Source of the DNA: Lama glama
Taxonomy: Eukaryota
Reading direction: 5' to 3'
Assembly (NCBI GenBank): GCA_028534125.1
Contig: CM052832.1
Coordinates: forward strand, 20,710,001 to 20,774,000
DNA length: 64,000 bases
Part shown: piece by piece, positions 39,658-51,410 of the stretch
How the letters are laid out: each line of letters opens with the position of its first letter
Position numbering within the stretch: position 1 is the first letter of the stretch
Position numbers and translations under genes: made by a program
Notes under the pieces: model-generated
What the model was told of the DNA's origin: nothing
Databases searched by the model: none
The model's input: the letters and a program-made list of their open reading frames with translations, nothing else

Positions 39658-40280
39658 ATACAGAAACATCAAGAATCTTTTACAAGGTAAGTTATTATCT
39701 GCAACACTCAGCATCAGTAAATAGCGAAATATTTGATGCTTTTGCTTGAAAAATAAATGTAATCTCAAAGACACATCATCCTTGGATCTGGCATTGTCTT
39801 ATAGCAGGCATTAAAATTTGTCCAAAGGTACAGATGGTTCAAAACAAGCATGTGATAGAAACTCATGGGCTAAGCTAACACAGAGAACTCACAGAACTAG
39901 ATCAGAGGATATGAATATCTTATTAGTGAGAAAAAGAAAAAAGAAATTACAGGAGAAATTTCCCAATGCTTCCACTATTGCTTTCTTATATAAGGAGCAA
40001 ATGCCTTCAAGACACTGCTGACAGATTAAGAACTTGGGTTCTGGAGTCACTTAGGGAAGTTGATGATTTGCAAAGTCCTAGCAAGAGATAAGCACTGAAC
40101 TTAGGAGGGGGAAATGTATACCATAATATGCATAAGTTAATGTAAATGTTAGAATGTAATCAAATCATTACTTTTGTTTATCCTGAAAACAGTGTAATTC
40201 CAGAAAGCCACATTGTGATCATCTTTTCTGCAACGTGCCTTTTGCATTTTCTGATACTTTATGTTAAAAACAACACATAT

Positions 40281-40519
40281 GGGGGGGGGAGGGACAGACT
40301 GGGATTTCAAAATTTGTAGATACTGACAGGCATATGCAGAATAGATAAACAAGATTACACTGTATAGCACAGGGAAGTGTGTACAAGATCTTGTGGTAGC
40401 TCTCAGCAAAAAAAAATGTGACAATGAATATACTTATGTACATGTGTAACTGAAAAATTGTGCTCTACACTGCAATTAGACACAAGATTGTAAAATGACT
40501 ATAACACAATAAAAAAATT
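40281..40519 (+). mobile_element. Young 5'-truncated L1 3' end (camelid-type)
   Basis: gggagggacagactgggatttcaaaatt...ctgtatagcacaggg...gtaaaatgactataacacaataaaaaa; TSD aaaaacaacacatat (40266-40280) and aaaaaatacacatat (40520-40534). Confidence 0.85.
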
Positions 40520-41699
40520 AAAAAATACACATATCCTATCTGATCTATTAACCCGAGGTTTACAATTTTAAATCCATAAGCATTATGCCTTTAGTCATTT
40601 TTAAATTTCATGCAGTAGACATTTTTCAAGTCATGTCAAGTATTTTAAGTATTTTTGCATCACTAATGATGGAAGAAAAAATATTATTTCAAACTTAAAA
40701 ACAGATAAACAAAAGAAAACATAAAGAACAAACCAGCTTCGCTCCTAGTTAGGAATGAAATCCAAACTTCTGCTACTTAGTGTTAAAAATTAGAGCCCTT
40801 TAGAAAGGATGACAAACCTGTTTATTAGTTTCAGGTACTAAAAATATCATGGAGCCTCTCACATCATTTGAGCTATTTACTCAGCTAATCGACAGAAAAC
40901 AATCACATTTAATCCTAAACCCTCAAACAAAAAACGGCAACAAGTGAATTTTCGTAAATGGAAATGGACATGTCCATTCTGTGAATTTCTTGATTGCTCT
41001 AAACTGAGGGCAGGTTTTGATGAAGAGAAAGATCTGCAAAAGAGCACATATGAAAACTAAGGTGAAAAGGGGGTAACGTGTGGGGAGAAAATACAGGACA
41101 ACTATGACTTTTACATAAAACATGTCTTTTGCATTATTTAGATATTGCAATATTCCTTAAACAGGAAATATGGGGTTGTGAAGCAGCAAGGTACCACACA
41201 AGAAATTTTTACAGAGAAACATGTACCTCTTTGGAGCCAAATAAATCAATTCGCCTCTACTGAATAAACACAACTCAGGTTTTCTTAGATGACTCTTTTC
41301 CTGGCCAGCTACAAAAGCTGCAGCACCTTTAAATTTTAAGATTAAGTCATCAGTTCTTGTGGCAGGTTTCCTTACCCTGAAGTTTCTCGGAGAGGAGGGA
41401 AACGTAGGGTGGCATTAATCTCTAACACATGGCACTGCTGTCTTCATCATTCATACTTTGTGGGGGGTGGGAAATGAATACCTAGCATAAGCCTATGGAC
41501 TCCTCCCCCAGCTTTAGGTTGACAGAGCCTGTACCATCGCGCTTGAGTCATATGATTCAAAATCTAATACTGCTTCAGCTAAGGCAATTAAGAAGGTAGT
41601 TTTTGAGTGATGTTAGTCTTTGTTGAGATTTTTAAGTCCCCATAAGAGCACTGAGTCAGGTAATTGCCAAAGCACAAATGCAGCAGTAGCAACTATGGA

Positions 41700-42200
41700 G
41701 AAAGTAAATGCCATAGAAAGACATTTTTTTAAAAAAAAATTACCTCACCTGTCAGTTTACCATAAGAGACATATGGCAACACTGAAACTAAAGGTCACAG
41801 TCTGCTTTAGATGCAGAGACTTAAAAATTAGAGAAAGTCGTCAGCAGCTTAGTTTGTATTCATTACAGTCATTCCATTCAGGAAATCTCTAAAAGGCAAG
41901 TGGAACTTTTGAGCCCATGAAAGATGAATTTTTGCAATCTTGGCTCTAGAGTGGCTCGAGGTCGGAGAAATAAAGCGATCGTAAGTTACTAACAGTTTGC
42001 CCACCCCTATCTGTGAGGGAAGTGGAAATGACTGCCAGGAACTTTGTTTTACTGCATTATGTGCCAGGATGCATGTGTGTTTGCCCTTGAAAAATCACCG
42101 AGTCACTTCCCAGATTAGATCCCCTAACCTCAAGGGTGATGTTTTTGTTCATCTTAGATGAGGTGGCAATGTGTGTTAAAGGATGCATTTATCAGCCTTC
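41700..42200 (+). promoter_or_regulatory. Probable PRL distal enhancer (Pit-1 site cluster)
   Basis: TATTCAT 41857-41863, CATGAAAGATGAATTTT 41916-41932, ATGCAT motifs near 42069 and 42183, AGGTCA half-site 41792-41797. Non-repetitive, about 0.8-1.2 kb upstream of the TSS, and resembles the remembered rat/human distal enhancer; bounds approximate. Confidence 0.6.
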
Positions 42201-42724
42201 TTCACACTCCTCCTCATTTCTCTCGAAACAATAATCCTTTCAGCATCTAACCTGACTAATTACTTCTATATCCTTGACATTCAATCGCTCCGATCCTCCA
42301 TTTTTCAATCTGTAAACTGGGGATGAAAATATAACTTTACATACATGTTAAAATCGAAAGAGATAAACAAATGAAAATGTACGTTTTACCATACAGATAT
42401 GTCATTTTTAAAAGGCCAAAACCCAGTGTGTAAGATCAAGAAAAAATAAGGGAAATATATTGAGTATGTAACAGGAACTGAAAAACTTACTCATCCTTAT
42501 TCTATATTTCGGGGTATTCCCTGTGTAAGTTTTGAAATCTTGACTTCACCCAGCAATAGTGGGTGAAAAAAAGAATACCCTTTGATAATACATTAGACAC
42601 CTTAGTGAGAAATAATGCTATATTTAAGAAACTGCAGAGGCATAAAAGTAAATTTTAAAGTATATGACTTCTGTGATTTTACAGGTCCTCCAACCCAAAC
42701 TAGTCTCCAGATCTCACCTTCATT

Positions 42725-43008
42725 ATCTCTCATTTCCTTTCGGTCTAATTAATCAAAATCCTTCCAAGATGTTCATTTCTGGCCAGTATGTCTTCCTGAA
42801 TATGAATAAGAAATAAAATACCATTCGATGTTTGAAATTATGGGGGTAATCTCAATGACGAAAATAGATGACGGGCAAAAGGAAGGGAATGCCTGATTAA
42901 ATCTATTCATGAAGATGTCAAAGGCTTATAAAGCCAATATCTGGGAAAGAGAAAGCTGCAGGACTACCAGATCTCTGGTGGAGTGTGTTTCTCGAAATCA
43001 TCACCACC
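42725..43008 (+). promoter_or_regulatory. PRL: PRL pituitary proximal promoter and 5'UTR
   Basis: TATAAA 42927-42932 (TSS inferred near 42957). Pit-1 1P-like CCTGATTAAATCTATTCATGAAG about 42892-42914; 2P-like about 42828-42846; Ets/Pit-1 3P-like TTCCTGAATATGAATAAG 42793-42810; Ets plus 4P-like CATTTCCTTT...TAATTAATCAAAATCC about 42731-42762; Pitx-type TAATCT 42847-42852; TGACG half-CRE 42856-42860. Confidence 0.9.
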
Positions 43009-43036
43009 ATGGACAACAAAGGGTCATCACAGAAAG
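43009..43036 (+). CDS. PRL: PRL coding exon 1 ([10 protein letters not shown])
   Basis: Kozak caccaccATGG; donor AAAG|gtaggt; the canonical 28-nt PRL first coding exon. Confidence 0.97.
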
Positions 43037-46000
43037 GTAGGTGCAGCAACTCACTGAGCTGTTGGCTTTATCAACACTCCTGCGGGGGTATTACTTTGAA
43101 ATTTTAGCTAATACTCTCTTCGCAGGAGGTTTCATGATTACACAGTTTACAAAATTGATCTAATCATAATCAGAAAGCAACTGTATAGAGGGCACAGGAG
43201 AAGAGGACCTTCCAGAGACATTTGGTTAAGTCTAGAGATGTTTTTGGTTGTCTTAATTCAGGGAAGGATGCTATTGGTCTCTAGTGGCATAGAGGTCAGA
43301 GATGCTGCTAAATATACTACAATGCACAGGACAGCCCCCAGAACAAGGAATGATCCAGCTCAAAAATGCCAATAATGCCAAAGTTGAGAAACTCGGGACT
43401 GAAATAAGACCAGAAGTGTCTCCGAGTCTAATTGATCAAAACTCTAGAAGGCAGAAACTAACATTTTCTAGTTCCCAGGCCTCTTATGTGGTTTGGCCAA
43501 GATGAGTCAGCCTGATAAAACTTTTAACTCTGCAGCCATAATATAGACAATGATAGCAAAGTTGTCTCCTACAGTACTTTGTTGATTGGGTTTAAGCCAA
43601 ATAACATTTTAAAAGGAAAAACAGGCTAGTAATAACTAATTGCCTTCACTTTCTTGGTTGACATTTGTAAGAAAAAGAAATTAGTAACAACCATAAAATT
43701 TATTTTATGAAACAACAAAAACATTTATTTTATCTCATTTTGGACTGTGAAAATCCTTCAGATAATGAAGGTACAGATAAATGTAGTCAGAGTTAAAGAA
43801 TATCTATCCAGTTATGAATTTCCTAGAACTAATGTTCCAATTTCTCTATCTGCAAAGCACTCTTTATTTATACTTGGAGATAAGACACCTAATCAGCTGT
43901 TACATGACTACAGCATACCTAAAATAAACTCTTTGGAAACAACATGTTTTTGAAAAATTAAGTCTGTTACATGAATCATCTCACAGCATTAGTATTTTTT
44001 ACTTTGCAGCTAAAAGCTGATTAGTTACACTCTATACTACATCATTTTTTAAGATATTTTTAGATATTTAGGGTTAGGTATTTTTTTTAACCACAAATCT
44101 TAGCACTTCCCCAGTTTTATCTTGGACACTTCCAATTACATATATTGAAGATTCCACAGGAAATTAGCTTTCTGATAAACACATTTTCATATTAAATATT
44201 CCTTTGGAGCAGTCTGAAGTTAAAAACTGATTTTAATACATTGTTTCTTTCCTTTTGAAAGTATAAATAATTATTTTTGTGGTTCCTATCTGTCCATCTG
44301 CTAAGATACCAAATTGGTGGCTAGATCATCTCTGATAACTGTCAAAGATTTTAAAAATGAACAAGAAGATAAAATCAGCTTTCTAGGGTCACTGTTAATC
44401 ATGTAATCAAAGGCAAAACATTGTTCTTTACAAGTAATTGCAATGATCTCTGCAAACTATGAGTCTTCACAGATAGTGACATGGTCCCTATTACACATAT
44501 GCAGACAGAGCCCACACACATGTGTGATGTGACATGAGGAAGTGAAAAGATAACAGTACTGGCGTCGAGCCACTTCCACCTGCTAATAATGGGACTTAGG
44601 GGAAATCACATACCCTAATCCTTATTTCATTAATATAATTTGATGATAATAATGAAGGTCAAGGCTATCTCACAGGGTTATTGTCAAACACAATTTTTTA
44701 AAAATTTTAAAGCTTTGGGCAAAGTATCAAGGAAACGTATAAAATACAATAAATGTATAAAATATAAAAGGGTTATAAAGGTGAGTTAGTGTATCTAGGC
44801 TACAGCATCCTTTGTATCTTAGACTTCTCTTTGAACTCAATATTAGCAATCAATCTGTCATGTGTTTATTCTTATCAGGCATGAAGGTAAACCAGAAAGA
44901 TCAACTGTTCTCTTCTGGCTGTTTCAGTGTCTAAAATGCAAATGGTAGTCAACACAGAGTTAAAAAATGACAACTCCTAGCGAGCCGGGCTGCTGAAATC
45001 TGCAGAAACTCCCAACACATTAAACTATCTTAAGAGAATGACCTAAACACTTTGGCTGAGAATTAATTTAAGCTCCAAATGTTTGCAAAGCACAGAAGCA
45101 CTTCTGGGAACAATACAAAAATGCAGGGAGCAACCTACTTCTCAAACTGTATATTTGTGCAAATATAATTATGTATCTAAATTTACAGAGTGGAAGGTGT
45201 TGATTCTTCCACGCCCCAGCTATTACAGCACCAAATCATGCTGAGGGCAACGGGAGAGATAAGGGTTCCCTGGACAGGACGGCTTTTGATAACCTCAGCT
45301 GAACAGATCATCTCAGAGTGGCTCTGTTTTTATTTAAGCAGGGTCGCTCTTGTTCCTGCTGCTGCTGGTGTCAAATCTGCTCTTGTGCAAGAGCGTGGCC
45401 TCCCTGCCCATCTGTCCCAGCGGGGCTGTCAACTGCCAGGTGTCCCTTCGAGACCTGTTTGACCGCGCAGTCATCCTGTCCCACTACATCCATAACCTCT
45501 CCTCGGAAATGTTCAATGAGTTTGTAAGTACCACACTTCTGGCTTCTTTCCAGAAGGAACCTTCATGTGAGTGGCTGGGCTACACCACACTCTAAACAAG
45601 AAAGCTACATCAGCCAAATTTCAAATAATACACCTTACGGGTAGAAGAATGCATCAGCTCATAAGATGCAGAAGAAAGGGTCAGTTCTGTGAAATCTCGA
45701 AGATTCTTCAAGAGTGTACTAATTTTTTTTAATTTCCTTTAATTAAGTTTTTAATTGGAAACAATTACTGTTTTTCATGAAGGTACTTTGCAAGTTGTAT
45801 GTTAACTCTTTTTAGGTCAAAGAGCAGGCAGTAGAGCAGACAGCTCATAAAATATGTGGCTCAGTGTTTGTAGTAAATGTATATTCATGTAGTTCTTTTT
45901 ACTCACTAGTTTTTCTTTCATTCTCCATTTTTTGACTGGCCTTTTTTTCCAAATCCTCCAAGTAATCTCTTTAAATTTTCACATATTTTGCTGAAGTTCA

Positions 46001-49000
46001 GTTTTTCTCTATTAATGTGTCAGCTAGATTTGTCTATTCTTACTCTCAGTCTATTGCTTAGTATTTCTTAGATTTTTATGCCATGCTTTTCTGACTTACC
46101 GTTTGGGTCACAAAACTGTATTCTGCATCTAAGATGAACATTAAGCTAGAGGTGTGTGGACTCAAAGAAAAGTTATAATCTTATAATTTCTGTTAAGGGA
46201 GCATATTTTTCTGGCACATAGTAAGCAAGAGATTAAATGGCTAAATATAGGTACATATGCACTATACTTAGTTCAAATACTGAAAAAAGATACTGAATAA
46301 AATATTTAACATTTCATATTTTGTGTATTTTTAGTGTTTGCTAGCCAAATAATAACTTGTGGGTGGGGGAAATTAAAAAAGGGAATAGCAAAGAAGGGAT
46401 AGAAACGTCAGATGAAAAAAATTTGTTTATACAGATAACGGAAAGAAAAAGTAGGAAAAAGAATGACTTTTTGTGCAGCTCTCATTTTAAAAATTACACA
46501 TCTATCAAATGTGTCCATATTCTGGTAGTGGGTTCATTTCATTCAATACCCAAACGACTCTAACTAATTGCACTTGCTTGACCACTTTCAGGACAAACGG
46601 TATGCCCAGGGCAGAGGATTCATGACCAAAGCCATCAATAGTTGCCACACCTCTTCTCTCTCCACCCCTGAAGACAAAGAGCAAGCCCAACAGATCCATG
46701 TGAGTTTGAGTTTTTCACCCAAATGAAATAGTACACAGGTGTTACCAGGCTGCAGATTACTAGAGGCAGTGTTATCAGGTAACAGTAACTGCTCTGTATC
46801 AGGTAAAGCTAACTGCACATGCAGATAAATGTGGAGGAAGAATGAGCAAAGAGAAATGGCACTACGTAGCTGACGAAGTATGAGCAAAATCAAGTGCTGA
46901 CTAAAGACGTGTAGCAGCCAAACAAGTAACAGATCTACAAATTGTCCATGCATTATTTTAATCCATGCAGTAGACTGAGGATTGCATATATTATACTGTG
47001 TGAAAGCATGAACCACACTGGACTTCCATGTATAAAACATTAGATTTTCAAAATTCATGGATATGTGAGAAATACAAACCCAGGTTCATTTATTCCTTGT
47101 TACCAGTGACTCCTCCATGAGCAGCATTTAACACAACAGACCCCTGCACCACTCGAGCCATCTCCTCTAATTTTCAAGGTTCTCCTGATTCTATTTCTAT
47201 TTCTCTGACACCTACTTCTTTCTTCATTCTTCACTGACTCCTCTGTCACCTCTTATTCTTAACTGTAAGTCTCCCCCTAAATCAGGTCCTAAAAAATATT
47301 GTTTCGCTTCTCACAGCTACAGCCATGGCCTCTCCTTTGATGACAACAAAGTCTGCACATCAAGCTCTGATCATTCATCCTAGCTCGTTTTTTTTTTTAT
47401 CATCATCTCTCCCTTCTGATTCTCTGCCCCAACCACAGCCTTAACATGACTTAAATATTTTCATATATATCTCTCCCTTAAATACAGTCTGTTCTCTAAG
47501 ACTTTGCTAATGACACCAGCATTCTGTCTATTAAGCTCATAAATAATTAGGATGATGATGACAATAAAATGAAGGAAGAAGGTGAAGATGGAGAAAACTT
47601 TTTTAATAAATTTAACATTTATTGAGAGCTACTACACTGCCATACAATGTATGTGATGTGCATTACTATATTTAATCCTCACAAAAAATCCTATCACCTA
47701 GGTACTGGTATTACCCATACTGAAGTAAGGAAACTAAGGCTCAGAGAAGTTATAGAATTTGCACCAGTCACGTGGGTAGCAAGTAGTCAGTGTAGGCTTT
47801 ATCCAGTTCAGAACTCTCTTAACCGTTATGCTACCATGCCTCTAGCAAACCGCCACTCACTATGCAGTCTGCATTCCCTTCCAGCTCCTTATTTTCATAT
47901 CCTAGTCATGTTTCCACTGCAATGTCTATGCAATTTCTTTCCATTCTTCATTTCCTTTACCACTAGACTAGTACGTGGACACCAGGAAAGCAAGCATGTT
48001 AAATCACAGATGATAAGCCCCTTGGCATTTCATGCCTGATCCTGGTAGTAAGGGGCAAAACCCTCCACTGTGAATTCCATGAATGCTGCTACTGTGCAAT
48101 TGTTTTCATCTACCTATGTCAACAACATAGACTGCTCTGGTAGCAGCATGGGGACCGGTGTCGGCACAGACTGAGGAAAGCCCATTTACAAATGCCATGT
48201 CTTCTTTGTTATCTCTTTGTCCTAATCTCATAAAATAAAGCTACCAATCAAAAACGAATACATTAATGAATGATTTGATCCACTGATATGAATCAATCTT
48301 TGAGTGACAGTGATGTGGGTTCTTTGCCCCTGACACTGGCGGACTCTATCTTTCCCGAGTCAGGGTCCATCGGCACATACAGTTCCAACAAAGTGCTCAG
48401 GTTCCCCTCCGTGGACAAGCAAAGCAGTCACATAGAAGAGAATCCACTGGGGGACCGGATGGTAGAATTAAAGATGGAAAGACAAAATTCATGTTATAAA
48501 TTAGAACTCATTATTTAAATAAGCCAGACTTTTCTTTCTTAATTTTAGCAAACTGTAAGCTCATAGCTTACATTTTATATTTTGACATATTACATTTATA
48601 TTTTGACAGCCTTTATCACCTTCAAAAATTTTTGCAAACACACAGGAATAACAAAGATATTTTAGGTCAGCCTCTCTGAGCAAAAATCACACGTAACTGA
48701 ATCCACTGCATCGGGCTTATTTATTGCGATTGTTTCCCATGGCTGCGCAGCACGAAGACCTTCTGAACCTGGTACTCAGAGTGCTGCGCTCCTGGAATGA
48801 CCCCCTGTACCATCTAGTCACAGAAGTGCGGGGTATGCAAGAGGCCCCAGACGCTATCCTCTCAAAAGCCATAGAGATTGAAGAACAGAACAAACGACTT
48901 CTAGAAGGCATGGAGAAGATAGTCGGCCAGGTGAGCAGCCTCCTGACGCGGCCTTGCTTTCCTCACAGGTGATCTCTGTGATGAGGAATGAGTTCGGAAA

Positions 49001-51286
49001 TATCTCACTTTGCAGAAACAAGATGCAGGCATTCTACATTCTTGGCTGCTATTAAATAAAGCAAGAGCCAAGTAATTCACAATGATAGATCCTTTTGTAA
49101 GTGAGTCTTAGGATTCTACCAAGATTTTTGACAGGTGCAGCCTTCCCTACACCGCACACAAATCCACCAAAAGCCTGCCTCTTCCTGGGGACAAGTGTTT
49201 GAAATACGTTCAAGGGAAAGAAAACCACAGAATAGAATTTGCAAGATAAATGTCTCCTTCAGAGCATCTCAAGACATCTGCTATTGAGACTCTTCCCTCA
49301 TCTTCTTTCTCTGTCCGCCCCAAACCCAAGGATGAGAATGGAAGGGAGAAAAGAGAAAATCAAAATCAGATTGGACGGTGTTTCTTCCTCTCAAGCCTCT
49401 CCTCTCTGCTGGAGATATATCTGTCAGGGAAGGAAGGAGACTGAAAGATGAGGCTATAGCATGAATGCTGTCCCACAAGCACTAGATTTCAGTGGGTCAC
49501 AAAAGATGGGGATGCTTCTTTTCTCAGTTGTTGTTTTTTTTTATAATTTACAGAAAGTTTTCCCCATCCTAAATTTTGGGGGTTTTTTTGGGATCCCAAA
49601 ATCAAAACTTTTATCATTGCATTTAGTCTCCCCAAGTAATTTCTCATACTTAGACTAAGTTAATATTTGCAATATCTCCATTTAGATGGGATAATTTCAA
49701 CAGGAGTGAGGTAGCATCTAAACAGCTTCCTGAAGATCTCAGAAATAATGTATCATCTCAAGAAAACTATGATTATATGCATAATAGGAGCACTTTAATA
49801 TTTCTCTTATTGTGCACAAGGTACATGTTATTGTGTGTCATTTTTGTCATTTTCAGGGGAGAAGAATATATCCAACACAAATACAAAGCACATTTTAACC
49901 TTGGGACGTACGAAATCAACACCTAGATTTTCAAGTTGTTTTTTTTTTTCATTCCTGTGGGACTATTTTTTGAGGTCACTCATCTGTTCCATAATACTGC
50001 ATTTTGTTATTTTTCACTGGTTACTTATTTATTCTTCATATCCTTGCCTTTTGCACAGTAAATTTTGTCTTAGGGCTCGAGCACAAAAAATTAAAAAATA
50101 AATATAAAGCAAGGCAACATACACATATACACACACATACTTCAAATTCCAATAAGGAATCTCAGGTTTAAAATATATCTGTCCTCTGCAGGAGAAAGTT
50201 AGTTTAGCAAATCAGGGTCTACAGTTATCCCACATTTGTACGTAGAAGCCCTTCCAACTAGCAGACATCCAGAGCTCCCAAGCTGGTGACTTGGTCTCGT
50301 GGTTCTCCAGGGATTCCCAGCACACTAATCAAGGTTCATCAGTATGAAGACGTATGGAGTTCCTCCCTCATGCTGCTTAGGGTTCTTTTGTTATCACAGT
50401 CTTGTTCCCCACCCTACCACCGATCCCTCACCCCCTTTTTATAGGTATTTTTTCCAGTACCTCCCAGCCCAGAGACATCAAAAGAAAGCACATATTCTTC
50501 ATGGAAATTAGGGGGTTATATGTCCTGGCTAGATTGTGAACATCTCCTGACTATTTCAGCAGAACTTCTTAGTCACAGTCATCATTAGATTATACGCCCC
50601 TTAAACCACCTAGTACAATCCTCATCATTTCTAAGGCCTTTAATACACATGCTATACAGGGAACGGTATCCATTCAAAGAGGGGACAGATAAAAGTAATG
50701 ATGGTGACCTTTCAGAAGAAATACAGTTAAACATGTACATCAGAGACAAGATTCAGGACAAGCAATAGTCCTCGAGTGACAGAATTGTGTCCCTTTATCA
50801 CACTCATATCTACATTCAAACAGCAACTTTCTGGTTCCCCATCTTTCTACTCCTGTCCAAGCAGACTGCATCTGTGATCACATACATTGAAGAAAACTTA
50901 CATTTGAGTTCTGCTTCTAATTTTTAGATTACTGGTAGATTTCTGATACAGTGACTCAAAAAAAAAAAATCCACATCTAGAGAGTTTTGCATTCATGGTG
51001 TCTTCCCCAAATCTTAATGTGACAATCAGAAGGAACAAAGATAAGCAAATACTAATAAAAGTAATAATAAGTCATTATCTTTTGGGTGATATAGGTTCAT
51101 CCTGGAGTCAAGGAAAATGAGATCTACTCTGTGTGGTCTGGACTTCCATCCCTGCAGATGGCTGATGAAGACACTCGCCTTTTTGCTTTTTATAACCTGC
51201 TCCACTGCCTACGCAGGGATTCACATAAGATCGACAATTATCTCAAGCTCCTCAAGTGCCGAATCATCTACGACAGCAACTGCTAA
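43009..51286 (+). CDS. PRL: Prolactin precursor, 229 aa, 5 coding exons: join(43009..43036,45342..45523,46592..46699,48751..48930,51095..51286)
   Basis: Manual splicing gives 28+182+108+180+192=690 nt: [229 protein letters not shown]. Six Cys (4,11,58,174,191,199), N31 sequon, G129 and S179 are present; all introns GT-AG. Confidence 0.99.
43205..43396 (+). mobile_element. MER20 in PRL intron 1
   Basis: gacatttgg...tttttggttgtc...agaggtcagagatgctgctaaatatactacaatgcacaggacagccccc...gttgagaaact. Confidence 0.85.
44550..44740 (+). mobile_element. MIR fragment in PRL intron 1
   Basis: gggacttagggggaaatcac...tatctcacagggttattgt. Confidence 0.45.
45342..45523 (+). CDS. PRL: PRL coding exon 2 (rest of signal peptide and mature residues 1-40)
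   Basis: Acceptor tttaagcag|GG; donor GAGTTT|gtaagt; overlaps track ORF 45350..45595. Confidence 0.98.
46592..46699 (+). CDS. PRL: PRL coding exon 3 (DKRYAQGR...QQIH)
   Basis: Acceptor ctttcag|GAC; donor CAT|gtgagt; 108 nt. Confidence 0.98.
47612..47835 (-). mobile_element. MIR in PRL intron 3, flanked by L2-like pyrimidine-rich fragments (about 47100-47500 and 47850-48100)
   Basis: aacatttattgagagc...tttaatcctcac...aggaaactaaggctcagagaagtt. Confidence 0.75.
48751..48930 (+). CDS. PRL: PRL coding exon 4 (HEDLL...IVGQ)
   Basis: Acceptor gcgcag|CAC; donor CAG|gtgagc; 180 nt; overlaps track ORF 48724..48972. Confidence 0.98.
51095..51286 (+). CDS. PRL: PRL coding exon 5 (VHPG...DSNC*)
   Basis: Acceptor gatatag|GTT; stop TAA 51284-51286; somatotropin-family motif [18 protein letters not shown]. 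Confidence 0.98.
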   Translation, partial: VHPGVKENEIYSVWSGLPSLQMADEDTRLFAFYNLLHCLRRDSHKIDNYLKLLKCRIIYDSNC

Positions 51287-51404
51287 GCCCACATCCATTC
51301 CGTCCATTTCTGAGACAGTTCCTAATGATCCATCCCATAGAAACCTTCTTTTAGTTTTATAGCTTCCTAATGCATGCTTAGCTGTAATGGGTCTCATCTC
51401 AAAA

Positions 51405-51410
51405 AATAAA
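51405..51410 (+). terminator. PRL: PRL polyadenylation signal AATAAA
   Basis: About 120 nt after the stop codon, matching the short PRL 3'UTR. Confidence 0.9.

Noticed and set aside
39950..39965. NF-kB-like GGGAAATTTC on the - strand
   Set aside because: One mismatch to the consensus and no supporting context; such matches occur by chance.
45190..47058. Overlapping ORFs 45190..45462, 45318..45527, 46505..46699 and 46588..47058
   Set aside because: Alternative-frame or antisense shadows of PRL exons 2 and 3.
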